Shown: in pieces, positions 44,019 to 54,281 of the stretch
Layout of the letters: each line of letters starts with the position of its first letter
How positions within the stretch are numbered: position 1 is the first letter of the stretch
From: Vulcanimicrobiota bacterium
GTDB taxonomy: Bacteria > Vulcanimicrobiota > Xenobia > Xenobiales > Xenobiaceae
Assembly: GCA_944322965.1 (NCBI GenBank)
Contig: CALUQR010000009.1
Coordinates: 8,845 to 72,844 of the forward strand
Length of the DNA: 64,000 bases
Reading direction: 5' to 3'
Notes under the pieces: model-generated
What the model saw: only the letters and a program-made list of their open reading frames with translations
What the model was told of the DNA's origin: nothing
The model's database searches: none
Made by a program: the position numbers and the translations under genes

Positions 44019-44799
44019 CGGCGACTATCTCCTCTAAGCCCACTTGGGGATGGCGGTAGCGGACCCCGCTATTGACCTCCCCCCCCTTTAGAGAGAGGCC
44101 GCCCCAGGGACAATTGTGGATACAGGCTAGACAATACTCGCACTCTCCCCCTAAGCCCATCTTCTGGTCCTGAAAGGTAAAATTACCTCGCGGACAGAGC
44201 CTCTGACAGAGGCGGCAAGCTCTACAGCGCTCATTGAAAGTTAAGATCTCTTCCGCTCTTAAAGGGTAGAGCCCCTTCCCTTTAGGACCGCCCTTAGGGG
44301 GGCGCGCCCCCTCCTGGCGATACTCTAGCCGCTCCCTTAAGCGCTGACCGTGGTAGGCTAAGTCCCGCTCTACGGACCTCGGTAGGTTGCGCTCTACCTC
44401 CATATCGAAGCGGGGTAAGAAATTATCGACCATCTCCACCGTAGCTAGATAATGCCACGGCTGCCCTTGGGCCTGGCCGCGCCGCCAGAGGCGTTGCACT
44501 ACCGCCCCGGGCCGATGGCCGCAAGTTAAGACGGCCCAACGGTAAGGGGCCTGGAGCCTATGCCTTTCTAAGAAGCTCTGAACTAAAGGGGGAAGGTCCC
44601 AGCGGTAGACGGGGGCCACTAGGCCAATCTCCTCCGCCTGCCAGAGAGTCCGCTCCCCCTTTAGGACCTGGGGGATACTGAGTAAGAGGGGTTCCGCTCC
44701 TAAGGGGGCGAGCGCGGCGTCCAAAGTGCGAGCGGCGTAGAGCGAATTGCCCGTAGCCGTAAAGTAGAAGATGATCCTGGGGGCTAAATTAGGATCCAT
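43981..44799 (-). CDS. EFR1-family ferredoxin (flavodoxin-like N-domain + 2x[4Fe-4S] cluster motifs)
   Basis: Flavodoxin-like IFYFTATGNS. CRACRLCQRLCP and CEYCLACIHNCP ferredoxin motifs. Confidence 0.6.
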   Translation of the reverse strand: MDPNLAPRIIFYFTATGNSLYAARTLDAALAPLGAEPLLLSIPQVLKGERTLWQAEEIGLVAPVYRWDLPPLVQSFLERHRLQAPYRWAVLTCGHRPGAVVQRLWRRGQAQGQPWHYLATVEMVDNFLPRFDMEVERNLPRSVERDLAYHGQRLRERLEYRQEGARPPKGGPKGKGLYPLRAEEILTFNERCRACRLCQRLCPRGNFTFQDQKMGLGGECEYCLACIHNCPWGGLSLKGGEVNSGVRYRHPQVGLEEIVAANSQLPGIRPPL

Positions 44800-45718
44800 G
44801 GACTTCCTCGCGCTGCGTACCCGGGAAGGTACCTTGCGAACGGCGCTCCAGATACTGTCGCTCTTCTTCGGTCAGCGTTTTGGCCCCCTGGACGGTCAAT
44901 TTAGTTAAGATGAGCTCTAAACGCTTATCGACCGGGGGCCGAGAGGGCTTAAGATCGCCCCCTAAGGCCCGCAATTTAGGGCCGGGGCTCTGAGCGGCAG
45001 CGCCCTCCCCTTTCGGTTCGGGACCGCCCTCGACGCAGCGCAAGTGGCGCCGCCGCCAGCGGCGGCGCCACAACTGGAGGCTCAAAACTGCGCGCCGCCA
45101 CTGGGCGGCGAGCGGCCATTGGGCCCAGGCCTTAGCGACTAAACTGCCCCCTAAGAGGGCCCCCAATTGGGTAGCCGCTACCCCCAAAGCTAGGTAACCG
45201 CTGCTAGCCCCCAATAAAAGTCCAAAGAGAGCCGCCCACCAGAGGTAGAGGGCCCTAATGGGAAGCAAGATCCCTAACCACAGCTGGAGGATACTCTGCG
45301 GCGCTAAGACCACCCACACCGCCAATAAGGTTAAACAGCCCGCCCCTCCCCCCACGACGCTCCCCAGCCAGGGTCGCCAAGGCGGATAGAGGTAAAAGGC
45401 GCTATAGAGCATCCCCCCTAGAGCGGTACCCCCCCAATAGAGGCACCACAATTTGGGGGCTCCATAGCGCTCCTCTAGGGGAGAGCCCAAAAAGAGCAAG
45501 GCTAAAAGGGTAAAGAAGAGCCCCCAGAGGCCGGAGCTGAGCCAACCGTAAGTAAACCAACGCCAAAGTTGCCAGGAGGGGCCCTCCCCTAGGGCCAAGG
45601 CGCCACTCCAACTGAAGAGGGGCCACTGGGACTCCGTAGCGGGCAGGAGAGCCCCCAGAGCCAAAAAGAGAGCTAACCCCGCCGTACCCGCCCCTATGCG
45701 TAGCGCTCCCACTTCCAT
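44789..45718 (-). CDS. Rhomboid-like polytopic membrane protein, apparently lacking the catalytic Ser/His (pseudo-rhomboid)
   Basis: WRWFTYGW...E..G loop-1-like region and GxxxG-rich helices in rhomboid order, but the GxSG Ser and TM6 His are not found. Confidence 0.3.
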   Translation of the reverse strand: MEVGALRIGAGTAGLALFLALGALLPATESQWPLFSWSGALALGEGPSWQLWRWFTYGWLSSGLWGLFFTLLALLFLGSPLEERYGAPKLWCLYWGGTALGGMLYSAFYLYPPWRPWLGSVVGGGAGCLTLLAVWVVLAPQSILQLWLGILLPIRALYLWWAALFGLLLGASSGYLALGVAATQLGALLGGSLVAKAWAQWPLAAQWRRAVLSLQLWRRRWRRRHLRCVEGGPEPKGEGAAAQSPGPKLRALGGDLKPSRPPVDKRLELILTKLTVQGAKTLTEEERQYLERRSQGTFPGTQREEVHGS

Positions 45719-45734
45719 GGCTCTCCTCCCTAAC

Positions 45735-48455
45735 TCAGCGGGCGACCTCTCCCACCACTAAGGCCACCGCCTCTTCGGCCCGCTCCACTAGGTGGAAGGT
45801 CAAAGCCTGACGGATAGGCTCGGGGATCTCTTCCAGGTAGCGCTCATTCTCCGCAGGCAAGATCACCTCGCGAATAGAGGCGTTATAAGCGGCCAGGACC
45901 TTCTCTTTCACCCCTCCGATAGCCATAACCTTGCCCACCAAGGTGATCTCGCCCGTCATAGCGATATCTTGGCGCGCCGGGCGGCCTAAGATGGCGGAAA
46001 TGAGGGAACAGGCCAGAGCTACGCCCGCCGAAGGTCCATCCTTAGGGGTGGCACCCTCTGGAACGTGGATATGGATGTCGCTCTTATAGTAATCCCACTC
46101 TACCCCGCGATCGCGCAAGAAGGCCCGCACCCAAGTGAGAGCGGCTCGGGCCGACTCCTTCATCACTTGGCCTAAGGAGCCGGTGAGTACCACCTTACCT
46201 TTGCCCGGGATAACGTTAGCTTCGATAGTTAAGATCTCGCCCCCCACCTGGGTCCAGGAGAGACCCTGGACTGAGCCCGGAGAGGGGTGGGGGTCAATCT
46301 TATCGCGCTCTGGATAGCGAACTACCCCCAAAAGTTGGCGCACCTGCTCCGCCCCTAAGGTAGGTAACTTGCGCTTAGGCCGCTTACTCTCCGCCACCTT
46401 GCGGGCCACTTTGCGCCCTAAGCTGGCGATCTCGCGCTCTAAACCGCGCACCCCCGCTTCGCGCGTATACTGGCGGATGACGGTGCGCAACCCCTCGTCA
46501 TTGACGTTAAAGAGGGCGGGGGTCAGCCCATTCTCCTCCTGCTGGCGCGGCAGTAAGAATTGGCGGGCGATGGCTAACTTCTCTTCCGTGGTATAGCCGG
46601 AGAGGCGGATAATCTCCATCCGATCGCGCAAAGCGGGAGGGATAGTATCTAAGACGTTAGCCGTCATAATAAACATCGCTTCCGAGAGGTCGACCGGAAT
46701 GCCGAAGTAGTTATCCTTAAATTCGCAATTCTGTTCGGGATCTAAGGCCTCCAGGAGGGCGTCGGAGGGATCGCCGCGGTAGTCGCGCCCCACCTTATCG
46801 ATCTCGTCGAGCATAATCACCGGATTGCGCGTGCCGGCATTACAGAAGGCTTGGATGATGCGCCCCGGCATAGCTCCCACGTAGGTGCGCCGGTGGCCGC
46901 GGATCTCCGCCTCATCGCGCACCCCGCCTAAGGAGGTGCGATTAAACTTGCGCCCCATAGTACTGGCAATAGAGCGCCCTAAAGAGGTCTTCCCCACCCC
47001 GGGCGGCCCCACAAAGCAGAGGATAGAGCCCCTATGGTGGGGTTGCAATTTGCGCACCGCCAAAAATTCTAAGATGCGCTCCTTGACCTCTTTGAGGCCG
47101 TAATGTTCCCGATCCAAAATCTCCTGGGCCCGGCGCAGGTCGAGATTATCCTCGGTGCGCTCTTGCCAGGGGAATTGTAAGAGGCGCTCTAGGTAGGTGT
47201 AGACGACATTATAGTCGGGGGAGGCGGAGGAGAGGCGGCGCAGACGCTGGACTTCGTGCAAGGCGTGCTGAGCGGCGCTCTCGGGCATACCGCTCTGGGC
47301 GATCCCCTCTTTAAACTTGCGGATATCCTCATCCTCGTTGATATCCTCCCCCAACTCCTCTTGGATAGCCTTCAAGTGTTGGCGCAAGAAATACTCTCGA
47401 TGGCCGCGGGCCATCTCCATCTCGGCCTTACTCTGGATCTTATTCTCAATCTTTAAGATTTCGATCTCTCGGGAGAGCAGGAGCGAGACCTTCTGCAAGC
47501 GCCTGCTGACGTCGATCATATCTAAGATGGACTGTTTCTCGCGGAAAGAGATATTGAGGTTAGCGGCTACTAAGTCGGCGATCTGGCCCGGATTGTGGAC
47601 GCTCGACATAGCCATTACTAATTCCGGAGAGATCTGGGCGTTGAGAGCGGCCATCTGGCGGAATTGGTGGGTGACGACCTGCAGAGCCGACTCCGTCTCC
47701 TCATCCTGGAGGCCGCGATCCTCTAAGATACTCACCCGCACTTTGGCAATAGGCTGACGGGCGGTAATCTTCTCGATGCGAGCGCGCACGATCCCGTGCA
47801 CGACTAAGCGGAAAGAACCGTTGGGGAGGCGCATAGCCTGCACGGGGGCGCAAATGCAGCCCGTCTTATAGAGGACCGTCTTGGCTAAACTGACGCTATC
47901 CGCTTTGCGCTTAGCCACGATAAAGAGGGGCATATCCTTCTCTAAAGCGTATTCTACCGCCTTACAGGCCGCTTCCGTCTCTACCGAGAGGGGCGCGATG
48001 ACGCTGGGAAAGACTAAGAGGTCGGGGGTGGGCAGCATCACCAACTCTTGGGACTCTAAAAGCGATAGACGCCTTTTGCGCCTCTCCTCTGGGGTGAGCG
48101 GCGGCTTAGGGGCGGGTTCAGCTTCCTCGTCCTCGGCGGAAACCTCTAAGACCCCTACCGAGCGCCCCTGAATGTCGACTATCTCTACCTTCTTCTCCCA
48201 CTTCCCCTGACTCTGGCGCTCTTTCAGCCCTTGGCGCTCCTGCCAATCGTCTAAGAGCGAATCCGTCAAGCGCTCCAAAGCGCTGGGGGCCTCGGGCGTA
48301 TCGCTATCGACTAGCAAAAACTCCTCATCCTCGCCCCCCGCGAGCGCCTCCTCCTGAACCGGCGGCGTCAACTTATCTTCTGCGGGCGCCCGCTCCCCCT
48401 CGGTTCCAATTTGCGACTCCTCCAGAGGAGGATTTTTCTTATTAGACTCACACAT
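45735..48455 (-). CDS. lon: ATP-dependent Lon protease (LonA) with acidic N-terminal extension
   Basis: Walker A GPPGVGKTS. Protease motif PKDGPSAGVA with catalytic Ser. LON N-domain. Confidence 0.95.
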   Translation of the reverse strand: MCESNKKNPPLEESQIGTEGERAPAEDKLTPPVQEEALAGGEDEEFLLVDSDTPEAPSALERLTDSLLDDWQERQGLKERQSQGKWEKKVEIVDIQGRSVGVLEVSAEDEEAEPAPKPPLTPEERRKRRLSLLESQELVMLPTPDLLVFPSVIAPLSVETEAACKAVEYALEKDMPLFIVAKRKADSVSLAKTVLYKTGCICAPVQAMRLPNGSFRLVVHGIVRARIEKITARQPIAKVRVSILEDRGLQDEETESALQVVTHQFRQMAALNAQISPELVMAMSSVHNPGQIADLVAANLNISFREKQSILDMIDVSRRLQKVSLLLSREIEILKIENKIQSKAEMEMARGHREYFLRQHLKAIQEELGEDINEDEDIRKFKEGIAQSGMPESAAQHALHEVQRLRRLSSASPDYNVVYTYLERLLQFPWQERTEDNLDLRRAQEILDREHYGLKEVKERILEFLAVRKLQPHHRGSILCFVGPPGVGKTSLGRSIASTMGRKFNRTSLGGVRDEAEIRGHRRTYVGAMPGRIIQAFCNAGTRNPVIMLDEIDKVGRDYRGDPSDALLEALDPEQNCEFKDNYFGIPVDLSEAMFIMTANVLDTIPPALRDRMEIIRLSGYTTEEKLAIARQFLLPRQQEENGLTPALFNVNDEGLRTVIRQYTREAGVRGLEREIASLGRKVARKVAESKRPKRKLPTLGAEQVRQLLGVVRYPERDKIDPHPSPGSVQGLSWTQVGGEILTIEANVIPGKGKVVLTGSLGQVMKESARAALTWVRAFLRDRGVEWDYYKSDIHIHVPEGATPKDGPSAGVALACSLISAILGRPARQDIAMTGEITLVGKVMAIGGVKEKVLAAYNASIREVILPAENERYLEEIPEPIRQALTFHLVERAEEAVALVVGEVAR

Positions 48456-48653
48456 AGCCCGCCCCCATTCTATAGACCGCCTGCCCTTCCTGTTCTAGCG
48501 CTCAAAGCCCCCTTTTAACTAGCCGTTCGGCCCCCAATATTAATTTTTTTGTAATAAATGAATCCTGCTCTCGCTCTGGAAATAGGCTACAATACGACTA
48601 TACGATGGCGGATTTTTCTTTAAATTTGGCAATGTAGCTCAGGAGGATGGTCT

Positions 48654-49412
48654 ATGCTCAATAACATTCAGCAAGCGATGAATCGTATAGAGCAAATCGA
48701 GAAGCGCCTGGACAAAGAGCCCGAGGTCAACTCGAATGCTTTCAATCAGCTTTTTGAAAAGGCCAGCCAGCCGCCCATTCCCAAGGCTCTAGCCCAACCT
48801 CAGGCCGCTAGTAGCGTGAGCTTTGGGGATATTCAAGGGGTCAATCCCCAACTCTGGAGTCTGATGAACAACCAGAAGGCTGGCGTCTTCGATCCTTCTA
48901 ACTTCGGCGCTAGCCGTCTGGGCGAGATGAACCTCCAGCCCTTGGCTCAAAATAATTCCGTCTCTTGCGGCCAGACGAGCGTGGCGATGGCCGTCAACTC
49001 CCTGACGGGCCAAAACTTGAGCGACTACGACATTAACAATAAGTACGGCTTCGAACTCCTCAACGCCCTCAACGCCGAGTGCGCCGGGGCCGGTTACAAC
49101 TGGAAGGATGGCGGCGATCTCAACGCCAACTCCTGGGAGCTCATCGACCACAAGGTCAATCAAGAGAAGACCCCGGTCATCGTAGCTCTCAACGGTCCGG
49201 AATTCTCGCCCTCGGGTCGCGGCCATATCGTGACCATCGTCAAGACGGAAGGGGAGACGGTGACCTTCGCCGACCCGGCTACCGGAGCTCTGCGCACTAC
49301 CACCAAGACGGCCATGAACCAGGCCCCTCAGCATCCCGATGGCAACTTCGTCTTCTACGCCAATCGCCAACAGCCGCTCCAGGATCCCGTCTATTTAGCC
49401 TCCGCCCAGTAG
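48654..49412 (+). CDS. Standalone papain-like C39-type cysteine peptidase domain protein
   Basis: SCGQTSVAMAVNSL (Cys motif) and RGHIVTIV...DPATG (His motif). Codon usage differs from neighbours (few TTA/CTA). Own terminator. Confidence 0.55.
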   Translation: MLNNIQQAMNRIEQIEKRLDKEPEVNSNAFNQLFEKASQPPIPKALAQPQAASSVSFGDIQGVNPQLWSLMNNQKAGVFDPSNFGASRLGEMNLQPLAQNNSVSCGQTSVAMAVNSLTGQNLSDYDINNKYGFELLNALNAECAGAGYNWKDGGDLNANSWELIDHKVNQEKTPVIVALNGPEFSPSGRGHIVTIVKTEGETVTFADPATGALRTTTKTAMNQAPQHPDGNFVFYANRQQPLQDPVYLASAQ

Positions 49413-49460
49413 CGGTCTTCCATCTAGAGAGGCTAGGAGGGACCTCCTAGCCCCCGTTTT

Positions 49461-49497
49461 CCCGCCCCTTCCTGCGGAAGGGGCGGGATTTTTTATT
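49461..49497 (+). terminator. Rho-independent terminator after the C39-like gene
   Basis: CCCGCCCCTTCC-TGC-GGAAGGGGCGGG followed by ATTTTTTATT. Confidence 0.75.
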
Positions 49498-49583
49498 CCT
49501 CTTTAGCTGGTTTAGAGAGCTCTAAGGCTCTCTTTTTAAGTTCCAACCATTGCTCGCTCTCAGGCTTTAAAGTCCGCATATCC

Positions 49584-51815
49584 CTAATAAAAGCTTGCGC
49601 TTGGCGCTGTGTCGCTCTTCTTCTCTTGGCCCGCCTCCCGCGCCCGTTGCGCCTCTCGGAGCCACTTAACTACCGTACGCCAACTGGAGTTTTCCGCCCC
49701 GCGGTCGATAGCCAGGATACGCTCTAAATAGCGCTCTCCCCCTGACTCGCCCTCTTCGAGGACCCAGCTATAGCGCAACCAGAGGAGCTGTAAGAGGCCG
49801 CGAGCTAAAGCGTTGCCCCTAAAGTAGACGATCCCTCCCCGCTGCCAAAAGCCTTGCCAATAGAGATCGATAGCTCGCTCTACCAGTTGCCGGGCGCGAT
49901 ACTTGTCCCCCCTACTCCAATAGAGCTGGCCCAATTCGCTATAAACCGTCGGTTGGTTGAGAGGATCGAGGCGCAAAGCCCGCTGATAGGAGGTTATAGC
50001 CTCCTGGAAATAACCAAACTTCTCGGCTAGGCGCCCTTGGACGATCCAATTAGGAGCGCCTAGGGGGTCTAAATGGATCGCTCTCCTACTTAGCTCTAAG
50101 ATCTCGCGCGCCTCAGAGGGCGAGGGGTTAAAGGCGGTTGCCCCCGCCAAAGCGGCCCACTCGCGCCAATAGCTACCGATTGCGGGCGCCACCTGAGCCG
50201 CCTGGGCGTAAGCCTGACGAGATTTAACCCATTCCCGTTCTTGTTGCCACGAGCGCCCCCAGCTGGCGTAGTAGGCCCCCTGCCAAAATGGATAGAGAGA
50301 GAATAAACCTCCTAGAGCGATTACCCCTACCGCTATCTTTACAGTGGCAAGACCTAAGGGGGGCCACTCCATCTCCGCCGCGGGACGCAAGCCCCAGGCG
50401 CAACCCGCCAAAGAGAAACCCCAGAGGGGTAAGGTCAAAAAGTTGCTCTCTAAATCGAGTTGGGCGTGTAGGAGGAGGAGTAAAGCTCCCAACCCCCATG
50501 CCCAAGCTAAACGTCCCTCCTCCCCCAGAGGTTTAATCCCTAAGCTAGCTACCCCCCACAGCCAGTAGAAGGAGGCGGCCACGGCTACTATCAGCGCGGG
50601 CCAGCCCGCTTCGCATAAAATATCTAACCCCAAGGCGTGGGGGCGCTGACTGTACCAGCGCAGATCGCGCTGATAGAGGGCGTAAAAGCGTTGGTAATTA
50701 TCGGCTCCCACCCCTTGGAGAGGATGATCGGTAATAATCCCTCTAGCCACCCGATAGAATTCGCGCCGCGCTAAGAGCGACTCGCTCTGACCGCTCACCT
50801 CCCCTTGGCGCTGGCCCTGCCACAGGATTTGGCGCCCCACCTCTAGCCCCCCTAAAGCTAGGAGACCTAAGAGAAAGATCCCTCCCACAACGCCTAAAAA
50901 GCGGCGCGCTGAGGGGCGGGGGTAGAGATTCCACGCTCCCAAAAGGAGGGCTCCCAACCAAGCGGGAGCGAGGTAAACTAGATTATTTATAACAAAGACG
51001 CCCCAGGTAAAGAGCGCTCCCGCCATCTCGTAGCGCCACCACTCTCCAGCCCCTATAGGCCGCTCCCCAGGCTGCCGACTATAATAGATAGCCACCGCCA
51101 ATACGGCCCATCCCCCTAAAAGCCAGGCGCTGCGTCCGTAAGTAAAGAAGAGGGAGAAGGCCGTAGCTATAGCGAGAAGGTTATCGCCAATTCTCAGCCC
51201 CAGCGACTCGCTCTGAGCGCCCTGCCATAGGCGCCCTAAGGTCAAAGGCCAAGTAGCTAGGAGAAAGGCGGCCAACATATTGGGCTGGTAGAAGGTCCCG
51301 CCCAACTCAAAGTTATCCCCCAATTCGCCCCACTGTTCACTGACCGTCCAGGAGGCCGCTAAGACTAGGGCTACTAAAACTTGCAGCGCTCGCCCAAAGC
51401 TCTCCAACTCCCCGCGCTGCCAACGGCGCGCCCCCCAGGCGCTCACCCAAAAGAGGAGGATCCCCGTCGCTAAGGGCCAGGCTCTAGCTAAGCTCTCGAG
51501 CCCATTGGCCGCCCGCCCACTGGCCCCCAAGAAGAGGCCCCCACCTAGGAAGCTTAAAATTAGTAGAGGGAGATCGCCCCGCCTCCTAGGGACCGCCAAG
51601 ACTAACCCCCAACAACTTAGGAGACAGACTGAGAGGGCTAAGCCCCACTGGGCTAAGTCGGAGCTACCCCCAGCATCGGAACTAAAGAGCGTAGCTAAGC
51701 CGATCTCCCCTAGGCCAACCCACCCTCCGGCAGGGGGGAGAGCCAGCGCTCCCCTCCCAGCAGCTGAGCTAGGGAGGTTAAGGCGGGAAAGGCTAAGATA
51801 GAAAGCAGCCCCCAA
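49584..51815 (-). CDS. O-antigen ligase/Wzy-like polytopic membrane protein fused to C-terminal TPR repeats
   Basis: YGRSAWL and QRPHALGLDILCEAGWPAL match O-antigen ligase motifs. C-terminal TPR-like repeats. Confidence 0.65.
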   Translation of the reverse strand: MGAAFYLSLSRLNLPSSAAGRGALALPPAGGWVGLGEIGLATLFSSDAGGSSDLAQWGLALSVCLLSCWGLVLAVPRRRGDLPLLILSFLGGGLFLGASGRAANGLESLARAWPLATGILLFWVSAWGARRWQRGELESFGRALQVLVALVLAASWTVSEQWGELGDNFELGGTFYQPNMLAAFLLATWPLTLGRLWQGAQSESLGLRIGDNLLAIATAFSLFFTYGRSAWLLGGWAVLAVAIYYSRQPGERPIGAGEWWRYEMAGALFTWGVFVINNLVYLAPAWLGALLLGAWNLYPRPSARRFLGVVGGIFLLGLLALGGLEVGRQILWQGQRQGEVSGQSESLLARREFYRVARGIITDHPLQGVGADNYQRFYALYQRDLRWYSQRPHALGLDILCEAGWPALIVAVAASFYWLWGVASLGIKPLGEEGRLAWAWGLGALLLLLHAQLDLESNFLTLPLWGFSLAGCAWGLRPAAEMEWPPLGLATVKIAVGVIALGGLFSLYPFWQGAYYASWGRSWQQEREWVKSRQAYAQAAQVAPAIGSYWREWAALAGATAFNPSPSEAREILELSRRAIHLDPLGAPNWIVQGRLAEKFGYFQEAITSYQRALRLDPLNQPTVYSELGQLYWSRGDKYRARQLVERAIDLYWQGFWQRGGIVYFRGNALARGLLQLLWLRYSWVLEEGESGGERYLERILAIDRGAENSSWRTVVKWLREAQRAREAGQEKKSDTAPSASFY

Positions 51816-51883
51816 CGAGCTACCCGCTCTAGGCTGACAGCCCTCGTGCGCCCGGAAGTAGCTGGGGCTCCCATAGGTTCCCC

Positions 51884-54280
51884 CTAAAGCTTTATAGCTT
51901 GTAGCTCAGCTGAGCGCTGGGCCCAGAGCTTGCGCTGCGGTTCTAGCCGAGCTAATTCCCGCGCTAAGTTTAAAGAGCGCTCTCGCCACTCTCTGGCAGC
52001 CTCTAAATCGCCGCTCCGGCGCGCTAGCTCTAATTGGTGGCGCCAATCGTCTAGATGGCCCTCCATAAGCTGCGGCCAGGAAGGATCGAGGCGCAGCCCA
52101 TACTCTAAATAACGGCCCGCCCCCTCCTCTCCAGCCTCCAGAGCTAAAGAGTAGCGCAACCATAAGATAGAGGCTAGATCCTGGCGCATAGTCTGCCCTC
52201 TAATGGCCCAATAAGCCTCAGGGGAATTTAAAAAGTTGCGCAGATTCACTTCCAAGGCGCGATCGCAAGTCTGGCGAGCCAAATCTTCTCGCCCGCTATG
52301 CCAGTAGAGGCGGGCCAAATACTCATAAAAGACGGGGCTATTTTGGCCGTCTAGCTCTATAGCCTTCCGGAAAGCCTCCTCCGCTCCGGCCAGGTCGCCA
52401 GCCAACTCTAAAGCCTGACCTAAAGTAAAGTAATTACTGGCAGTCTGGGGATCGTTAGCTATAGCGAGTCGAGACCAAAAAGTCAAAGCGGCCGAGAGGC
52501 GCCTAGCTTGGTCTAAACTCTGACAACTATTGAGACTATTGACCGCCAACTGGCGCCAATACTCCCCCACTCCAGGGTCGGCCTCCGTGGCCCAGGAAAA
52601 GGCTTGGGCCGCCTCCGCCTGGCGTCCACTGCGCGCCAACTCCTGACCTAAATAAGAATAATAACGCCCTTCCCACCCTTTAGAGAGGAAGAGCAATAGG
52701 AGCGCCCCCACAGTAATGAGCGCTAAATTGAGCCCCATAGGGGCGCGCTCGCTCTCACTCTTTCCACTTAGCCCCCAAGCCATCCCAGCCCAGGCCATCC
52801 CCCAAAAGACTAAACTTAGACAACTGATATCGAGATCGGTCTGCGCCCGCAAGAACAAAACTAAGGCGCTTATAGCGGCGCTCCAACGCAGGAGCTCCCT
52901 TATATTTAAGCTTCCCGGCGGTTCTTGGCGCCAAAGATTGAACCCCCACCAAAGTAAGGCTAAAGACCAAAACGCTAAAGCGGGCAAGCCCGCTCCCACC
53001 CAGATATCTAAAGTTAAAGAATGGGGATAGTGGGAGAACCAACGCGCATCTTGCTGATAACGCGGATAGAGGCGACCAAAGTTATTAGGGCCTACCCCCA
53101 GCCAGGGATTATCTAACCCCATCTTGAGAGCTGCTCTAGCAAATTCATAACGCGCTCCCAAAGAATTATCGTCGGTAGCCTCTACCTCCGAGCGCGCCGT
53201 CTGACCTAAGGCGAATTGGCTTTGGGCCTCCTCCCGGAATAGAGATACGCTCCACCCGGAGATGAGAATTAAGAGAGCCAAGGTCCCCCATAACCATAGG
53301 CTCCCCTTGATCTCCCTAATTACCCACCACCAGAGGCCTAAAGCCGCTAGATAGGCTAAACTACTAACCGCCCCCCCACCCAGACCGCTTAAAGCCAAGA
53401 CTAAGGCCGCTCCTCCCCCTAGAAGAGCCGAGCAACGCTGGAGGGTAAAGCCCAACTGGGCCGCTTGGACCCACCATAAGAGAGCGAGAAAGATACCCAA
53501 CCCCCAGGCCAACCAACCACTTAAGGAGAAGGTCATAGCTAAAGTTATCCCTAAGCCCAAGAGGAGGCCCCCCGCTCCCCAAACCTCCCGCTTAGCCCCT
53601 AGCTGGCCCCAGTAGAGTAAGGAACTGACTACTAGCGGCAAAAATCCCACCAGGAAGGCCGCTAAGATATTTCCCTGGAAGAAAGTCCCACCCAAGGCCA
53701 CGAAACCCTCCGGCCCCACATACCCTCCCCCTGCGGGGGTGATCCAGGCGCAGAGCGCTACCGCCAGCGCTATCCCGGGTAGCACCCACAGGAGCCATTT
53801 AATCCTCCCCTCCCCTTTCTCTCCCGCCTCCGGCCCTAAAAATTCACGGCTAGCGCTGGCTACCCACCAAAAGAGGGCCAGTCCAGAAGTATAGACCGCC
53901 GCTACCATCCGACTCTCATGGCTATTGGGAGCGTGACCGGCGGCGATCCATAGCCAGCCCCCCAAAGCCAGGCTGAGCCCTAAAAGGACCTTATCACCCC
54001 GCTGCCATTTCCTGGGAATAACTAACCAGATAATAAAGCCTAGCCAAACGCCCATAGCCAAAGAGCTCTGCGCTAAGTCGCGCATAGTTCCAGAATCGGT
54101 ATGGAAGCTAGCCCATAAGTAGTCTAAAACCCCCACTTGAGCGCGCAAAGGTAAGAGCGCCTCTACCCCTCCATCTCCCAGCTGGCCCAAGGCCGCCCCT
54201 AAAGGGAACAAGAGGACTAAGCCCAGGCATATTAGACCCAGCCCATTGCTGAAGGCGGAGAGAAAGCGCTCAATCTTCAC
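51884..54280 (-). CDS. Paralogous O-antigen ligase/Wzy-like membrane protein with C-terminal TPR repeats
   Basis: Same motif set (SGWLAWGLG, HYPHSLTLDIWVGAGLPAL). Paralog of the downstream gene. Confidence 0.65.
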   Translation of the reverse strand: MKIERFLSAFSNGLGLICLGLVLLFPLGAALGQLGDGGVEALLPLRAQVGVLDYLWASFHTDSGTMRDLAQSSLAMGVWLGFIIWLVIPRKWQRGDKVLLGLSLALGGWLWIAAGHAPNSHESRMVAAVYTSGLALFWWVASASREFLGPEAGEKGEGRIKWLLWVLPGIALAVALCAWITPAGGGYVGPEGFVALGGTFFQGNILAAFLVGFLPLVVSSLLYWGQLGAKREVWGAGGLLLGLGITLAMTFSLSGWLAWGLGIFLALLWWVQAAQLGFTLQRCSALLGGGAALVLALSGLGGGAVSSLAYLAALGLWWWVIREIKGSLWLWGTLALLILISGWSVSLFREEAQSQFALGQTARSEVEATDDNSLGARYEFARAALKMGLDNPWLGVGPNNFGRLYPRYQQDARWFSHYPHSLTLDIWVGAGLPALAFWSLALLWWGFNLWRQEPPGSLNIRELLRWSAAISALVLFLRAQTDLDISCLSLVFWGMAWAGMAWGLSGKSESERAPMGLNLALITVGALLLLFLSKGWEGRYYSYLGQELARSGRQAEAAQAFSWATEADPGVGEYWRQLAVNSLNSCQSLDQARRLSAALTFWSRLAIANDPQTASNYFTLGQALELAGDLAGAEEAFRKAIELDGQNSPVFYEYLARLYWHSGREDLARQTCDRALEVNLRNFLNSPEAYWAIRGQTMRQDLASILWLRYSLALEAGEEGAGRYLEYGLRLDPSWPQLMEGHLDDWRHQLELARRSGDLEAAREWRERSLNLARELARLEPQRKLWAQRSAELQAIKL

Positions 54281-54281
54281 G

